Shown here: positions 8,442 to 18,319 of the stretch, piece after piece
How the letters are laid out: each line of letters starts with the position of its first letter
Numbering within the stretch: the first letter of the stretch is position 1
Source of the DNA: Eubacteriales bacterium
GTDB lineage: Bacteria > Bacillota > Clostridia > Oscillospirales > SIG627
Reading direction: 5' to 3'
DNA: 34,823 nucleotides
Assembly: GCA_045535585.1 (NCBI GenBank)
Contig: JAZSLY010000086.1
Coordinates: forward strand, 1 to 34,823
Notes under the pieces: generated by a model
What the model was told of the DNA's origin: nothing
The model's input: the letters and a program-made list of their open reading frames with translations, nothing else
Database searches by the model: none
Position numbers and translations under genes: made by a program

Positions 8442-8981
8442 ATGAAAAGATATATTGCACTTTTTTTAACCCTTCTTCTTGCTTTCAGTATATGCTCCTG
8501 CTCCAAAAAGGAGGAAAGTGACCTTCCCGAAGGAATGCTCCTGCTTGACAACGGGGCGATAGAATACAATTTCTACTATCCGGAGGAGTGGAGCGTTGAC
8601 AGAAACGACGGAATGGTCAGCGTCTACGTGTCGGAAAAGGACCGCTCCAACGTGTCGGTAGTCGCCTTTACCGCCAACAACGAGGTATCCAGCGTTGACG
8701 ACTATCTCACCATGGGTGACACCACCTACTTTGAACATCTCCGCGCTACCTTCCCCGACCTTGAAATAATTACAGACGGCGAGGAGATAGCTCTCGACTC
8801 CATTCCTGCAAGGCAGTACGTCTATACGGCGACGGTGGCAGGGGATGCGTACAAATTCCGTCAGATATTTACTTACAGATACGGCGAGATATATATGATC
8901 ACCTACACCTCTACCCTTGACGGTTTTGATTCACACACAGACGAGGTAAACAGTATAATAACAAATTTCAGCTTTAAATAA
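8442..8981 (+). CDS. Probable secreted protein or lipoprotein, function unknown
   Basis: The signal peptide MKRYIALFLTLLLAFSICSCSKK carries Cys residues in a lipobox-like context. An extended -10 (tgg-tataat, 8391-8399) lies upstream. Confidence 0.6.
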   Translation: MKRYIALFLTLLLAFSICSCSKKEESDLPEGMLLLDNGAIEYNFYYPEEWSVDRNDGMVSVYVSEKDRSNVSVVAFTANNEVSSVDDYLTMGDTTYFEHLRATFPDLEIITDGEEIALDSIPARQYVYTATVAGDAYKFRQIFTYRYGEIYMITYTSTLDGFDSHTDEVNSIITNFSFK

Positions 8982-8991
8982 GGATTAATTT

Positions 8992-9984
8992 ATGAAAGAA
9001 AAGCGTTCCTGCCCCACCCCCGCAAGCCGTGTAGGCGGTCAGGCGGTGCTGGAGGGCATTATGATGAGGCACAAAAAGGATTGTGCCACCGCGGTGCGTT
9101 GCCCCGACGGAAAAATAAAATTAGATAAGAGAGCCGTAACCAGCATAAAGGACAGAGTTCCTCTTTTTCGTCTCCCGATACTCCGCGGAGTCGTCAGCTT
9201 TATCGAGTCTATGGCGCTCTCTATGTCAATTCTCACTCTCTCCGCAGAGATGCAGGGCATCGAGGAGGAGCAGACTAAATTTGAAAAGTGGCTGGAGCGA
9301 AAATTCGGCAAGAGCCTTATGGCTGTTGCAGGAATTATCGGAGGGGTGCTTGGTATTCTTCTTGCCCTCGCCCTCTTCTTCTACCTGCCGATGTTCATTT
9401 CAAAGCTTATTGACTACGCTATTCCCCTTACCCATCTTGCAAAGGCGATAGTTGAGGGAATAGTGAAAATGGGAATTTTCGTTCTCTATATCTGGCTCGT
9501 TTCCTTTATGCCCGATATCAGACGCACCTACGAGTACCACGGCGCCGAGCACAAGTCCATTTTCTGCCGTGAAGCAGGGCTTCCCCTGACGGTAGAGAAT
9601 ATAAAAAAGCAAAAAAGATTTCACCCAAGATGCGGAACGAGTATGATGTTTATGATGCTCCTACTTGGAATAGTGGTTTCCGCCGCTCTTCCCAATTCCC
9701 TTTGGGACAATCTGCTCCTGCGGTTTTTAACAAAGCTTCTCATACTCCCTCTTGTTGTGGGAATAGGTTATGAAATAACCATTTTTTCAGGCACGCACGA
9801 CAATTTCGTCCTGCGTATTCTTTCAGCGCCTGGGCTCTGGATACAGAGGATAACCACGAGAGAGCCTGATGAAAAGGAAATCGAGGTTGCTATCGTTGCC
9901 CTCAAGGCGTCTCTTCCCGAGGAATATCCGCCCGAAGCTATCTTCGAGGGAATAGAGGGTCAGGAGAATGAAGAAGAGAATTAA
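8992..9984 (+). CDS. DUF1385 (YqhQ-like) membrane protein
   Basis: It has the GGQAVLEGIMMR N-terminal block and YHGAEHK, with multiple TM segments. It sits in the usual position directly upstream of prmC. Confidence 0.8.
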   Translation: MKEKRSCPTPASRVGGQAVLEGIMMRHKKDCATAVRCPDGKIKLDKRAVTSIKDRVPLFRLPILRGVVSFIESMALSMSILTLSAEMQGIEEEQTKFEKWLERKFGKSLMAVAGIIGGVLGILLALALFFYLPMFISKLIDYAIPLTHLAKAIVEGIVKMGIFVLYIWLVSFMPDIRRTYEYHGAEHKSIFCREAGLPLTVENIKKQKRFHPRCGTSMMFMMLLLGIVVSAALPNSLWDNLLLRFLTKLLILPLVVGIGYEITIFSGTHDNFVLRILSAPGLWIQRITTREPDEKEIEVAIVALKASLPEEYPPEAIFEGIEGQENEEEN

Positions 9985-10774
9985 GGCTTTGTGGGAGGGG
10001 TCTCAATTTGCAAAGGAAAACCTGTCTATGTGGGAAACGGTGTCGCTTATCCTTGAGGATATGGGGCTTCCACGGGATAGTGTTCTCCTTGGCAGAGGGC
10101 TTCCCGAGGAAAGCGAAAAAAGACTTTTCCACACCCTTGAAAGAGCGGTGTCGGGTGAGCCTCTCGGCTATATTTTAGGGCATATCCCCTTTTACAAATA
10201 CGATTTTTACACGGCAGAAAACGTGCTTATCCCACGGTGCGACAGCGAGGTCATAGTGGAAAAGGCGGTAGAGCTCTTTCCACGGGGCGCGCATATAATA
10301 GACTTTTGCACGGGCACGGGGTGTCTCGGAATAAGCGTTGCGCTGGAGCGTGAGGACGTTACCGTCACCCTTGTGGATATTTCCGAGTATGCAATTTCCT
10401 GCGCCGAGCGGAATATAGAAAAATATAACCTTTCCGAGAGGGCACGGGTTATGTGCTTCGATGTGCTCTCGGGCGATTACTCCACCCTGCCGTCAGCCGA
10501 CGGCGTGATAATGAATCCACCGTACGTTACGAAAAAGGAAATGGACGTACTACCCGAAAACGTGAAAAGAGAGCCTCCTCTTGCCCTTGACGGAGGGGAG
10601 GACGGAATGAGCTTTTACAAGGCGCTTGCCGAAAAAGAGGATTTTCTCCGAGGCAAGACCGTCCTTTTGGAGATAGGCTCGTCGCAGGGCGACGCAGTAA
10701 AATGCCTATTTGGCGGTGGAGATATAATTCCCGACCTTGAGGGGCGGGACAGAGTAGTTAAAATAAAAATGTGA
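9968..10774 (+). CDS. prmC: Peptide chain release factor N5-glutamine methyltransferase
   Basis: It shows EPLGYILGHIPFY, an AdoMet motif DFCTGTGCLG, and catalytic NPPY (VIMNPPYV). Confidence 0.9.
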   Translation: MKKRIKALWEGSQFAKENLSMWETVSLILEDMGLPRDSVLLGRGLPEESEKRLFHTLERAVSGEPLGYILGHIPFYKYDFYTAENVLIPRCDSEVIVEKAVELFPRGAHIIDFCTGTGCLGISVALEREDVTVTLVDISEYAISCAERNIEKYNLSERARVMCFDVLSGDYSTLPSADGVIMNPPYVTKKEMDVLPENVKREPPLALDGGEDGMSFYKALAEKEDFLRGKTVLLEIGSSQGDAVKCLFGGGDIIPDLEGRDRVVKIKM

Positions 10775-10793
10775 TATAAAGTGAGGAAGAAAA

Positions 10794-11900
10794 ATGGACG
10801 AGAAAAAGAAGAAGACAGAAGTAGAAAAGGAAAGCGCAGACGGCAGAGAAGCCGCGCGCAAAAAGGCAATATCACAGATAACCAAGAAATACGGACAGGG
10901 CTCTATAATGAAGCTTGGTGAGAATACGCAGATGCAGGTCAGCGCCATTCCCACGGGCTCGCTCTCCCTTGACTTTGCCCTCGGTATAGGAGGCGTTCCA
11001 AAGGGAAGAATTATAGAGATATACGGACCTGAAAGCTCGGGTAAGACCACTCTTGCCCTCCACATAGCAGCCGAGGCTCAGAAGATGGGCGGCTCGGCGG
11101 CGTTCATTGATGCAGAGCACGCCCTTGACCCTACCTATGCGCAGGGAATAGGCGTTGATATCCACGACCTTCTGGTTGCTCAGCCCGACGACGGTGAGCA
11201 GGCGCTGGAGATTGCCGAGGCGCTTATCCGCTCGGACGCCATTGACGTTATTATCGTGGACTCTGTTGCGGCTCTCGTTCCCAAGGCGGAGATAGAGGGC
11301 GATATGGGTCAGGCAACGGTGGGAGCACACGCAAGACTTATGTCAAAGGCACTCAGAAAGCTCTCCGGCGCTATTGCAAAGAGCCAGTGCGTGCTTATCT
11401 TCATTAACCAGCTTCGTGAGGAGGTGGGCGTTATGTACGGAAATCCCGAGGTAACCACGGGCGGTAAGGCACTGAAATTCTACGCCTCGGTGCGAATTGA
11501 CGTGCGCCGCGGTCAGCAGATTAAGGAAAAAGGCGAGGTGGTTGGTAACCAGACCAAGTGTAAGGTAGTTAAAAACAAGGTTGCAGCCCCCTTCAAGACC
11601 GCAGAATTTGAAATTCTCTACGGCGAGGGCATTTCCTCCGACGGAGAGCTTCTTGACCTTGGCGAGAGCCTTGGTATCGTGCAGAAGAGCGGTTCTTGGT
11701 ACGGCTACGGCGGACTGAGACTTGGTCAGGGCAAGGACAACTCCAAGCTCTACCTCAAGGAAAACCCCGATATCCGTGAAGAGATAAAGGCAAAAATTCT
11801 TGCTCAGGCAAGTGAGCTTCAGGGCAAGCTGACCTTTGGCGGTATCAGCGGACTTGACGAGGATGAGGACGACGGAACGGAAGAGGGCTTTGAGGAATAA
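10794..11900 (+). CDS. recA: Recombinase RecA
   Basis: It has Walker [13 protein letters not shown], the blocks [10 protein letters not shown] and IIVDSVAAL, and an acidic C-terminal tail. Confidence 0.98.
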   Translation: MDEKKKKTEVEKESADGREAARKKAISQITKKYGQGSIMKLGENTQMQVSAIPTGSLSLDFALGIGGVPKGRIIEIYGPESSGKTTLALHIAAEAQKMGGSAAFIDAEHALDPTYAQGIGVDIHDLLVAQPDDGEQALEIAEALIRSDAIDVIIVDSVAALVPKAEIEGDMGQATVGAHARLMSKALRKLSGAIAKSQCVLIFINQLREEVGVMYGNPEVTTGGKALKFYASVRIDVRRGQQIKEKGEVVGNQTKCKVVKNKVAAPFKTAEFEILYGEGISSDGELLDLGESLGIVQKSGSWYGYGGLRLGQGKDNSKLYLKENPDIREEIKAKILAQASELQGKLTFGGISGLDEDEDDGTEEGFEE

Positions 11901-12497
11901 ATGAAGCTTATTCGCTACTATAATATAGAGAAAAACAAAGAGACGGTGCTGGTCACCGACGAGGGCGACTTTGCCATATGGGTGAGGGACTACGAGCGCG
12001 CCTTTTCCTCCCTTCGTGCAGGGGACGAAATAGAGAACGCTGAGGAGCTTTGCCGTCTTGCCGTAAGGCGTGAGATAAAGAAAAAGGCAATAAAGCGTCT
12101 GGCGGCAGGCGACATCACCAAAAAGGAGCTCTACCGCCGTCTTATCCGTGAGAAGATACACGGAACTACGGTGGACACCGAGTTTTTAGACGAGCTTCTC
12201 TCAAAGCTTGAAAGGGCAGGCTATATCGACGAGCGGGGATATGCTAACCGCTTTGCGCAAAAGTGCGTTGAAAAGAAATGGGGCAGGGCAAAGATACGCG
12301 GTGCTATGATAGACCGTGGCTTTGAGAGTGACTTGATTGACGAAGCGCTTTCCGCCCTTGACTGTGACTTTGTGGCGCTGGCAAGAGAGCTTATCCACAC
12401 CACCCTTGACGGCGTGGAGTGTGACGTGGCACGCCGCCGACTTTACGCCAGAGGCTTTTCAAGCGAAGAAATAATAAAAGCATACGAGCAGGAATAG
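11901..12497 (+). CDS. recX: RecA regulator RecX
   Basis: It starts immediately after the recA stop. At 198 aa it is a helical-repeat protein with a RecX-like pattern (GYIDERGYANRFAQ..., KIRGAMIDRGF). Confidence 0.8.
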   Translation: MKLIRYYNIEKNKETVLVTDEGDFAIWVRDYERAFSSLRAGDEIENAEELCRLAVRREIKKKAIKRLAAGDITKKELYRRLIREKIHGTTVDTEFLDELLSKLERAGYIDERGYANRFAQKCVEKKWGRAKIRGAMIDRGFESDLIDEALSALDCDFVALARELIHTTLDGVECDVARRRLYARGFSSEEIIKAYEQE

Positions 12498-12500
12498 AAA

Positions 12501-13829
12501 ATGAGTATAAAAGTAGGATTTGTATCCTTGGGCTGTCCCAAGAATACCGTTGACACCGAGGTTATGCTGGGCACTCTCTACAACGAGGGCTTTGAAATAG
12601 TGGCGGAGGACACCGACGCCGACGTTATGGTTATTAACACCTGCGCCTTTATAGAGAGCGCAAAGGGTGAGGCAATAGAGTCCATTCTCGATATAGCGTA
12701 CCTCAAAAAGCATCACAATCTCCGAGGCATCGTTGTGACGGGCTGTCTTGCCACAAGGTACCCCGAGGAAATAGAAAAGGACTTGCCCGAGGTGGACGCT
12801 ATCCTCTCGGCAGGCGACGAGGGCAGAATATGCGAGGCGGTGCGTGCCGCCTACAACGGCGAGAAGTTTATTGCCACCTCCCCCACGGAAAACCTTGCCT
12901 TCGGCGGTGACAGAGTTATATCAACTCCCGAATACACCGCATATATTAAAATTGCCGAGGGCTGTGACAACAGGTGCTCTTATTGCTCCATTCCCGATAT
13001 AAGAGGACGCTTCCGCAGTCGTGATATGGAGGATATTATCGCCGAAGCCCATACCCTTTATGGTATGGGTGTAAGAGAGCTTTGCATCGTGGCGCAGGAC
13101 ACCACGAGGTACGGTCTTGACCTGACGGGCAAATACGAGCTTCCCGAGCTTCTTCGCCGTCTCTGTACCGACGAGGGACTCGGCTTCAAGTGGATAAGGC
13201 TTCTTTATTGCTATCCCGACAAGATTACCGACGAGCTTGTGGAGACTATGGCGAAATACGATAACATAGCAAAGTACATTGATATGCCAATTCAGCATAT
13301 AAACGACAGAGTTCTGGGGGCGATGAACCGCCACGGAGGGTCTGACGTGATAAAGAGCGCCGTGGAGAGACTCAGGCGCGCTATGCCCGATATAACCATA
13401 CGCACCACAGTTATTGCAGGCTTCCCCACCGAAACCCAGAGGGAAGCGAGCGAGCTTTTAAATTACATAAAGGAAACGAGGTTTGACCGCCTTGGCGCTT
13501 TCCCCTATTCCCGTGAGGAAAACACCCCTGCCTACGCAATGCGTCAGGTGGCGAAGAAGGAGAGGGAGGCGCGCGCCGAGAGAATCATGGAGGTGCAGTC
13601 CGAAATAATGGCAGAGAAGAACGCCGAAAAGGTGGGTAAGACCCTCACGGTGCTTTGCGAGGGCTACGACAAGGTTGCCGAGACCTATTTCGGCAGAACA
13701 GAGGCGGATGCCCCCGACATTGACGGCAAGGTGTATTTCAGCGCTCCCAGACGGGTAAAGGACGGCGAATTCGTGGAGGTTGAAATTACCGACGAAATTT
13801 ATTACGACCTCGTTGGAAAAATGCGGTAG
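12501..13829 (+). CDS. rimO: Ribosomal protein S12 methylthiotransferase
   Basis: It has the UPF0004 N-terminal domain (SLGCPKN), a radical SAM CxxxCxxC (EGCDNRCSYCSIP), and a C-terminal TRAM domain. Confidence 0.9.
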   Translation: MSIKVGFVSLGCPKNTVDTEVMLGTLYNEGFEIVAEDTDADVMVINTCAFIESAKGEAIESILDIAYLKKHHNLRGIVVTGCLATRYPEEIEKDLPEVDAILSAGDEGRICEAVRAAYNGEKFIATSPTENLAFGGDRVISTPEYTAYIKIAEGCDNRCSYCSIPDIRGRFRSRDMEDIIAEAHTLYGMGVRELCIVAQDTTRYGLDLTGKYELPELLRRLCTDEGLGFKWIRLLYCYPDKITDELVETMAKYDNIAKYIDMPIQHINDRVLGAMNRHGGSDVIKSAVERLRRAMPDITIRTTVIAGFPTETQREASELLNYIKETRFDRLGAFPYSREENTPAYAMRQVAKKEREARAERIMEVQSEIMAEKNAEKVGKTLTVLCEGYDKVAETYFGRTEADAPDIDGKVYFSAPRRVKDGEFVEVEITDEIYYDLVGKMR

Positions 13830-13858
13830 CACCGCGGGCAGCGGTAGCACCGCGGGCA
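13823..13858 (+). repeat. Tandem 18-bp duplication (gcggtagcaccgcgggca x2) spanning the rimO stop codon
   Basis: Two identical adjacent units lie at 13823-13840 and 13841-13858. Each contains the hairpin gcggt-agc-accgc. A third hairpin copy is at 13942-13954. Confidence 0.9.
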
Positions 13859-13930
13859 TATCTCGCCTATCGAAACGCTTATTTCTGTTTATAGAAAGCA
13901 AAACGGCGAGGTTGGAAAAACGCAATTTCC
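13841..13930 (+). repeat. Structured intergenic repeat family, copy A
   Basis: gcggtagcaccgc-gggcatatctcgcctatcg...aaaacggcgaggt...cgcaatttcc. It shares the GGCATATCTCGCCT and AAAACGGCGAG blocks with the copies at 15846, 27196 and 28966. Confidence 0.85.
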
Positions 13931-13999
13931 CGACAAAAAATGCGGTAGCACCGCTTCCAAGAAAATGATAAAAGACTGACCGAGAGAAAGGATTATTAT

Positions 14000-14575
14000 A
14001 TGAGCAAAATCAATCTACCAAACAAGCTGACGATTTTAAGAATGTTCCTCGTTCCCATTGTAATGGTGTTCATTCTTTACCCCTCGCTTTGCTTGAATAA
14101 CGAAATCGTCTACGCAATAGTTCCTGCAGTTTTGTTTATACTTACCGCAGTTACCGACTTTATCGACGGCAAGATTGCCAGAAGCCAGAATCTCGTAACC
14201 AATTTCGGCAAGTTTATGGACCCCGTTGCCGACAAGTTTATGGTAATCGGCACGCTTATGTCAATTACCGTAGTTAACGAGGCACTCAGACCGTTTATGA
14301 CCTGGGTGACCGTTGTGGTTATCTTCCGTGAGCTTGCGGTTACCTCTGTCAGACTTATCGTGTCGGGGGAGGGCATCGTCGTTCCTGCCAACTGGCTTGG
14401 CAAGTGCAAGACCATGACACAATCCATTTCAATCGTAGTTTTCCTTATCGAGCCGATTATCTGGGACTTCTGGTATCTGTCCTATATCGGAATGGCGGCA
14501 ACCGCCCTTCTGACAGTATGGTCGGGCATTAACTATATAAAGGAGTTCTGGAAGTACATTGACCCCACGAAATAA
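14000..14575 (+). CDS. pgsA: CDP-diacylglycerol--glycerol-3-phosphate 3-phosphatidyltransferase
   Basis: It begins NLPNKLTILRM, carries the CDP-alcohol phosphatidyltransferase motif DFIDGKIAR...GKFMDPVADK, and has multiple TM helices. Confidence 0.9.
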   Translation: MSKINLPNKLTILRMFLVPIVMVFILYPSLCLNNEIVYAIVPAVLFILTAVTDFIDGKIARSQNLVTNFGKFMDPVADKFMVIGTLMSITVVNEALRPFMTWVTVVVIFRELAVTSVRLIVSGEGIVVPANWLGKCKTMTQSISIVVFLIEPIIWDFWYLSYIGMAATALLTVWSGINYIKEFWKYIDPTK

Positions 14576-15845
14576 CACGAGAGAATTCAAGGCAACAACG
14601 GACGGCGGAGTCAAGGTATATTCCTTTCCCACCGCTACCCACAGCTTTAATCTCTCCCTATATATCCCTGCAGGCCCTCTTTTCGACGAGCCGAGGGAGG
14701 CGGGAATATCCCATTTTTACGAGCACGCAGTTTTCAGAAATATAAATAAGCTTATGGACTATAAGCTCTACTCGGTGCTTGATTCCCTCGGGCTTACTTT
14801 GTCGGGCGCAACCTATAACGAGCTTATCCAGTTTTCCGTTCAGGGCGCACCCTCACATTTCCGCCGTGGCGCCGAAATTCTCCTTCTCGCCCTTTCTCCC
14901 TTCGTTATAAGTAAAACGGAGCTTGACGCCGAGCGTGAGAGAGTAAAGAGGGAAATCAGGGAGGACACCTATTCCTCCTCGGTGGACGCTATGTGTCAGA
15001 AGCTTGTGTGGGAGGGCACACCCCTTTGTGAGACCATAACGGGCACGGTGGGCAGAGTTTCGGGCTTTTCCCTGAATAAGCTTCGCGACCACGCCGAGAA
15101 AATCACGGGCGCTGAGAATATTTTCTTCTACCTCACGGGCGCAATAGACGAGGGGGACGTTGAGTGGCTTGTGGAGAAGGTGAATAAAATTCCCCTCCCA
15201 AAGAGCGAAAAGCGGGAGAATATTGCCAAGCTTCCGCCACGGTTTTTCCATCGCTCACCCGACCTTTCTGTAAAGAGGGCGGACTATTGCAAAGTCAAAT
15301 TCGCCTACGACGTGGACACTAACCTTTTCCCAAAACCCGTGCGTGACCTCGTCTACGATATTCTTTTTCAGGGCGACACCTCAAGGGTCTTTTTAGAGCT
15401 GTCGGAGAAGAACGGCTATATCTATAGCTTCGACGCCAACCTTGACGAATATAAAAATATAGGCTCACTCACTCTATCCTTTGAGACCTCTCCCGCCCAT
15501 TTTCTCCCTGCCCTGCAGGCGCTTCGGGAGATTTTCGACGGGATAACGAAGGATATTACAGACTCAGAGCTCTCTCTTGCTAAGGTGCCATACCTTGAAA
15601 ATTATCTTTTTATTCTCGACGACACCGAAAGCCTGAATTGGAACAAGGCGTGGGAGTCTCACTTCCTCGGCTTCGATTACGAAACGCTGGAGGCAAGACG
15701 GGAGGCATACGAAAAGGTGACGGTTGAGGACGTGCTACACTGTGCGAGAGAAATTTTCCGTCCCGAAAATCTGTCGGTGGCTGTGAAGCACAAAAATCCC
15801 GATAAGGCAAGGGCGGTGCTTCAGGAAACCTTTTTTATTTATTAG
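14559..15845 (+). CDS. M16 (insulinase/pitrilysin) family peptidase-like protein
   Basis: An HxxEH zinc motif is present (SHFYEHAVF). At 428 aa it has a two-lobe architecture. The only in-frame start near the 5' end is TTG at 14559, overlapping the pgsA end. Confidence 0.7.
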   Translation: MTPRNNTREFKATTDGGVKVYSFPTATHSFNLSLYIPAGPLFDEPREAGISHFYEHAVFRNINKLMDYKLYSVLDSLGLTLSGATYNELIQFSVQGAPSHFRRGAEILLLALSPFVISKTELDAERERVKREIREDTYSSSVDAMCQKLVWEGTPLCETITGTVGRVSGFSLNKLRDHAEKITGAENIFFYLTGAIDEGDVEWLVEKVNKIPLPKSEKRENIAKLPPRFFHRSPDLSVKRADYCKVKFAYDVDTNLFPKPVRDLVYDILFQGDTSRVFLELSEKNGYIYSFDANLDEYKNIGSLTLSFETSPAHFLPALQALREIFDGITKDITDSELSLAKVPYLENYLFILDDTESLNWNKAWESHFLGFDYETLEARREAYEKVTVEDVLHCAREIFRPENLSVAVKHKNPDKARAVLQETFFIY

Positions 15846-15942
15846 GAGATTGCATTAAATTGGACCTCGCCGTTTTTCTTTATTCAGGAAAAAAACGCAT
15901 TACGATAGGCGAGATATGCCAGCGGCTGCTAGCCGCATTTTT
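15846..15942 (-). repeat. Structured intergenic repeat family, copy B (inverted orientation)
   Basis: The reverse complement reads aaaaatgcggctagcagccgctggcatatctcgcctatcgtaatgcg...agaaaaacggcgaggtccaatttaatgcaatctcc. It starts directly after the M16 stop codon. Confidence 0.9.
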
Positions 15943-15957
15943 AAATAATAAAAATTC

Positions 15958-15986
15958 TTGACCTTTTTATAAAACTGTGTTAGAAT
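15958..15986 (+). promoter_or_regulatory. Sigma70-type promoter of the cysE-cysS leader
   Basis: TTGACC (15958-15963), a 17-nt spacer, then TAGAAT (15981-15986) with an upstream TGT extended -10. Confidence 0.6.
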
Positions 15987-15994
15987 AAAGAAAA

Positions 15995-16192
15995 TTCAAT
16001 ATATACTGCAATCGTCGGCAGAAATGCTGGGCAAGAGTAGACGGGGAAGATCTCCAGAGAGGGCGCGTTTGGTGCGAGCGTCAGGTTTACCTCATCGAAA
16101 GTGCGGCCCCTTTAGGACGGCAGTCTTTAAGAGTTATAAATAAGAGTGGAACCGCGCATCTGCGCCTCTTGAATGAGGTGCAGATTTTTTTG
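15995..16192 (+). promoter_or_regulatory. T-box riboswitch leader (cysteine-specific)
   Basis: The T-box sequence is aataagagTGGAaccgcgc. The antiterminator is AAGAG (16142-46), a 7-nt bulge TGGAACC (16147-53), then GCGC-atct-GCGC-CTCTT (16154-70). A competing terminator atctgcgcctc/gaggtgcagat (16158-16185) is followed by T7. Stem I has AGAGAG and GGTGCGA elements. The candidate specifier is UGC at 16102-16104. Confidence 0.85.
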
Positions 16193-16213
16193 TTCTATTA
16201 GGTAGGGGGAAAT

Positions 16214-16852
16214 ATGAAAATAATCGACGATTTGAAAAGTATTAAGTCCCGAGACCCTGCGGCGAGAAATATATTTGAAATATTTTTCTTGTATTCGGGC
16301 TTTCACGCGCTTATCTATTACAGAATAGGAAATTTCTTTTACCGTCACCGTCTCTTCTTTATCGCAAGACTTATTTCCCAGACGGGTCGATTTTTCACGG
16401 GAATTGAAATTCACCCGGGCGCCACTATCGGCAGAGGGCTTTTCATCGACCACGGGTCAGGGGTAGTGATAGGCGAAACGGCGGAGATAGGCGACGAGTG
16501 TACGCTCTATCAGGGCGTGACTCTGGGAGGTACGGGCAAGGACACAGGTAAGCGACACCCCACTCTCGGCAACGGAGTGCTGGTGGGCGCAGGCGCAAAG
16601 GTGCTGGGTCCCTTCAGAGTGGGGGACAGAGCAAAGATTGCGGCAGGCGCAGTAGTGCTTAACGAAATCCCCGACAACTGCACCGCCGTCGGCGCACCTG
16701 CAAGGGTTGTCAGACGTGACGGTCAGCGCCCCTTTGACCTTGACCAGATACACATTCCCGACCCCGTCTCTCAGGAGCTTTGCCGTATGGCGTCGGAAAT
16801 GGAGCGAATGGCAAAGAGGATAGAGGAGCTTGAAAAAAACTCCAAAAATTAA
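16214..16852 (+). CDS. cysE: Serine O-acetyltransferase
   Basis: It has the SATase N-terminus (IKSRDPAARN) and hexapeptide repeats (GIEIHPGATIGRGLFIDHGSGVVIGETAEIGD...). Confidence 0.9.
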   Translation: MKIIDDLKSIKSRDPAARNIFEIFFLYSGFHALIYYRIGNFFYRHRLFFIARLISQTGRFFTGIEIHPGATIGRGLFIDHGSGVVIGETAEIGDECTLYQGVTLGGTGKDTGKRHPTLGNGVLVGAGAKVLGPFRVGDRAKIAAGAVVLNEIPDNCTAVGAPARVVRRDGQRPFDLDQIHIPDPVSQELCRMASEMERMAKRIEELEKNSKN

Positions 16853-16926
16853 CGGATTCGTTAGAATTTACAGTTTAAAACTCAAAATATTAACAAATCT
16901 CACAAATAACCGAAAGGATGAACGAT

Positions 16927-18315
16927 ATGAAATTTTACAACTCTCTCACCAAGCAAAAGGAAGATTTTGAATTCCGTGACAACACCGTCAGAATGTACGC
17001 CTGCGGACCTACCGTCTACAACTTTTTCCACGTAGGAAACGCAAGATGCTTCGTGGTGTTCGACCTTCTGCGCCGTTATCTTGAATACAGAGGCAACAAG
17101 GTAACCTTCGTACAGAACTTTACCGACATCGACGACAAGATGATAAAGCGCGCCGCAGAGGAGGGCACTACCGTCAAGGACGTGGCGGACAAGTATATTG
17201 CAGAGTATTTCACCGATGCGAAGGGTCTTGGCATCACTCCTGCAACCTTCCACCCCAGAGCTACCGAGAACATTCCCGAAATTATCCACATTATAGAGCT
17301 TCTCATTGAAAAGGGCTACGCATACCCTGCAGAAAACGGAGACGTTTATTTCTCGGCACGCAAGTTCAAGGGCTACGGACGCCTTGGCGGATTTGATATC
17401 GACGACCTTGAAAGCGGTGCGAGAATTGACGTAAACGACGTGAAGCGCGACCCCCTTGACTTTGCCGTATGGAAGGCGTACAAGGAGGGCGAGCCCTATT
17501 GGGAGTCACCTTGGGGTCGTGGCAGACCGGGCTGGCACATCGAGTGCTCGGCAATGGTTGATAAGTACCTTGGCAAGACCATCGACCTTCACGGAGGCGG
17601 ACAGGACCTGACCTTCCCTCACCACGAAAACGAGGTAGCACAGTCGGAGGCAGCCTTCGGCGTGCCCTTCTGCCGTGCCTTTATCCACAACGGATATATC
17701 AACGTTGACAACAAGAAGATGTCAAAATCCCTTGGCAATTTCTTCACCGTAAGAGATGCGGCGGCAAAGTACGGCTATCCCGCTATCAGATTTTTCCTCG
17801 TTTCCGCGCAGTACAGAAGCCCCATCAACTTCTCCGCAGAGATTCTGGAGCAGTCGGTGGCGTCTCTTGAAAGAATGTATAACTGCGAAAACGCTATAAA
17901 GTTCGCGCTTAAAAACGCCGAGGAGAGAGAGGGCACACTTTCCGCCGAGGTAGACGCCCTTTCACAGTACAGAGAAAAGTTCATCACCGCTATGGACGAC
18001 GACTTCAATACCGCCGACGGCATTTCGGCTATCTTTGAAATGGTAAGAGCCATAAACGCACTTCTCACGAAGAACCCCTCAAAGAGCGAGGTTGAGAAGA
18101 TTTACGACCTTTACCGTGAGCTTGTAGGGCTTATGGGCTTCCTTCTTCCCGAGGAGACCGAGGACACCGCCTGGATAGACGAGCTTATCGCCGAGAGAAA
18201 AGACGCGAAGAAGGCGAAGAACTACGCCCGTGCCGACGAGATACGTAATACCCTGAAGGAAAAGGGCATCGTTCTTGAGGATACTCCTCAGGGCACCAAG
18301 TGGAAGAAGGCATAA
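16927..18315 (+). CDS. cysS: Cysteine--tRNA ligase
   Basis: It begins MKFYNSLT, with a HIGH-type motif (FHVGNAR), KMSKS, and WHIECS. The start is taken at the ATG at 16927, 9 nt after aaagga. The ORF also has an ATG at 16918. Confidence 0.97.
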   Translation: MKFYNSLTKQKEDFEFRDNTVRMYACGPTVYNFFHVGNARCFVVFDLLRRYLEYRGNKVTFVQNFTDIDDKMIKRAAEEGTTVKDVADKYIAEYFTDAKGLGITPATFHPRATENIPEIIHIIELLIEKGYAYPAENGDVYFSARKFKGYGRLGGFDIDDLESGARIDVNDVKRDPLDFAVWKAYKEGEPYWESPWGRGRPGWHIECSAMVDKYLGKTIDLHGGGQDLTFPHHENEVAQSEAAFGVPFCRAFIHNGYINVDNKKMSKSLGNFFTVRDAAAKYGYPAIRFFLVSAQYRSPINFSAEILEQSVASLERMYNCENAIKFALKNAEEREGTLSAEVDALSQYREKFITAMDDDFNTADGISAIFEMVRAINALLTKNPSKSEVEKIYDLYRELVGLMGFLLPEETEDTAWIDELIAERKDAKKAKNYARADEIRNTLKEKGIVLEDTPQGTKWKKA

Positions 18316-18319
18316 ACGG

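Noticed and set aside
11343-12161. Long antisense ORFs opposite well-supported genes: 272 aa opposite recA/recX, plus 5228-5980 opposite ddl, 29800-30555 opposite nifS, 22175-22798 opposite the pdaA-like gene, and 25271-25906 opposite U32/maf.
   Set aside because: These are shadow ORFs typical of GC-richer coding DNA. They have low-complexity Arg/Ser/Leu-rich translations, no RBS and no recognisable motifs. The opposite strand carries unambiguous conserved genes.
13823-13858. Possible CRISPR-like array suggested by the repeated gcggtagcaccgc hairpins.
   Set aside because: There are only two contiguous 18-bp units with no spacers, plus one distant copy, and no cas genes. This is part of the intergenic repeat element, not a CRISPR array.
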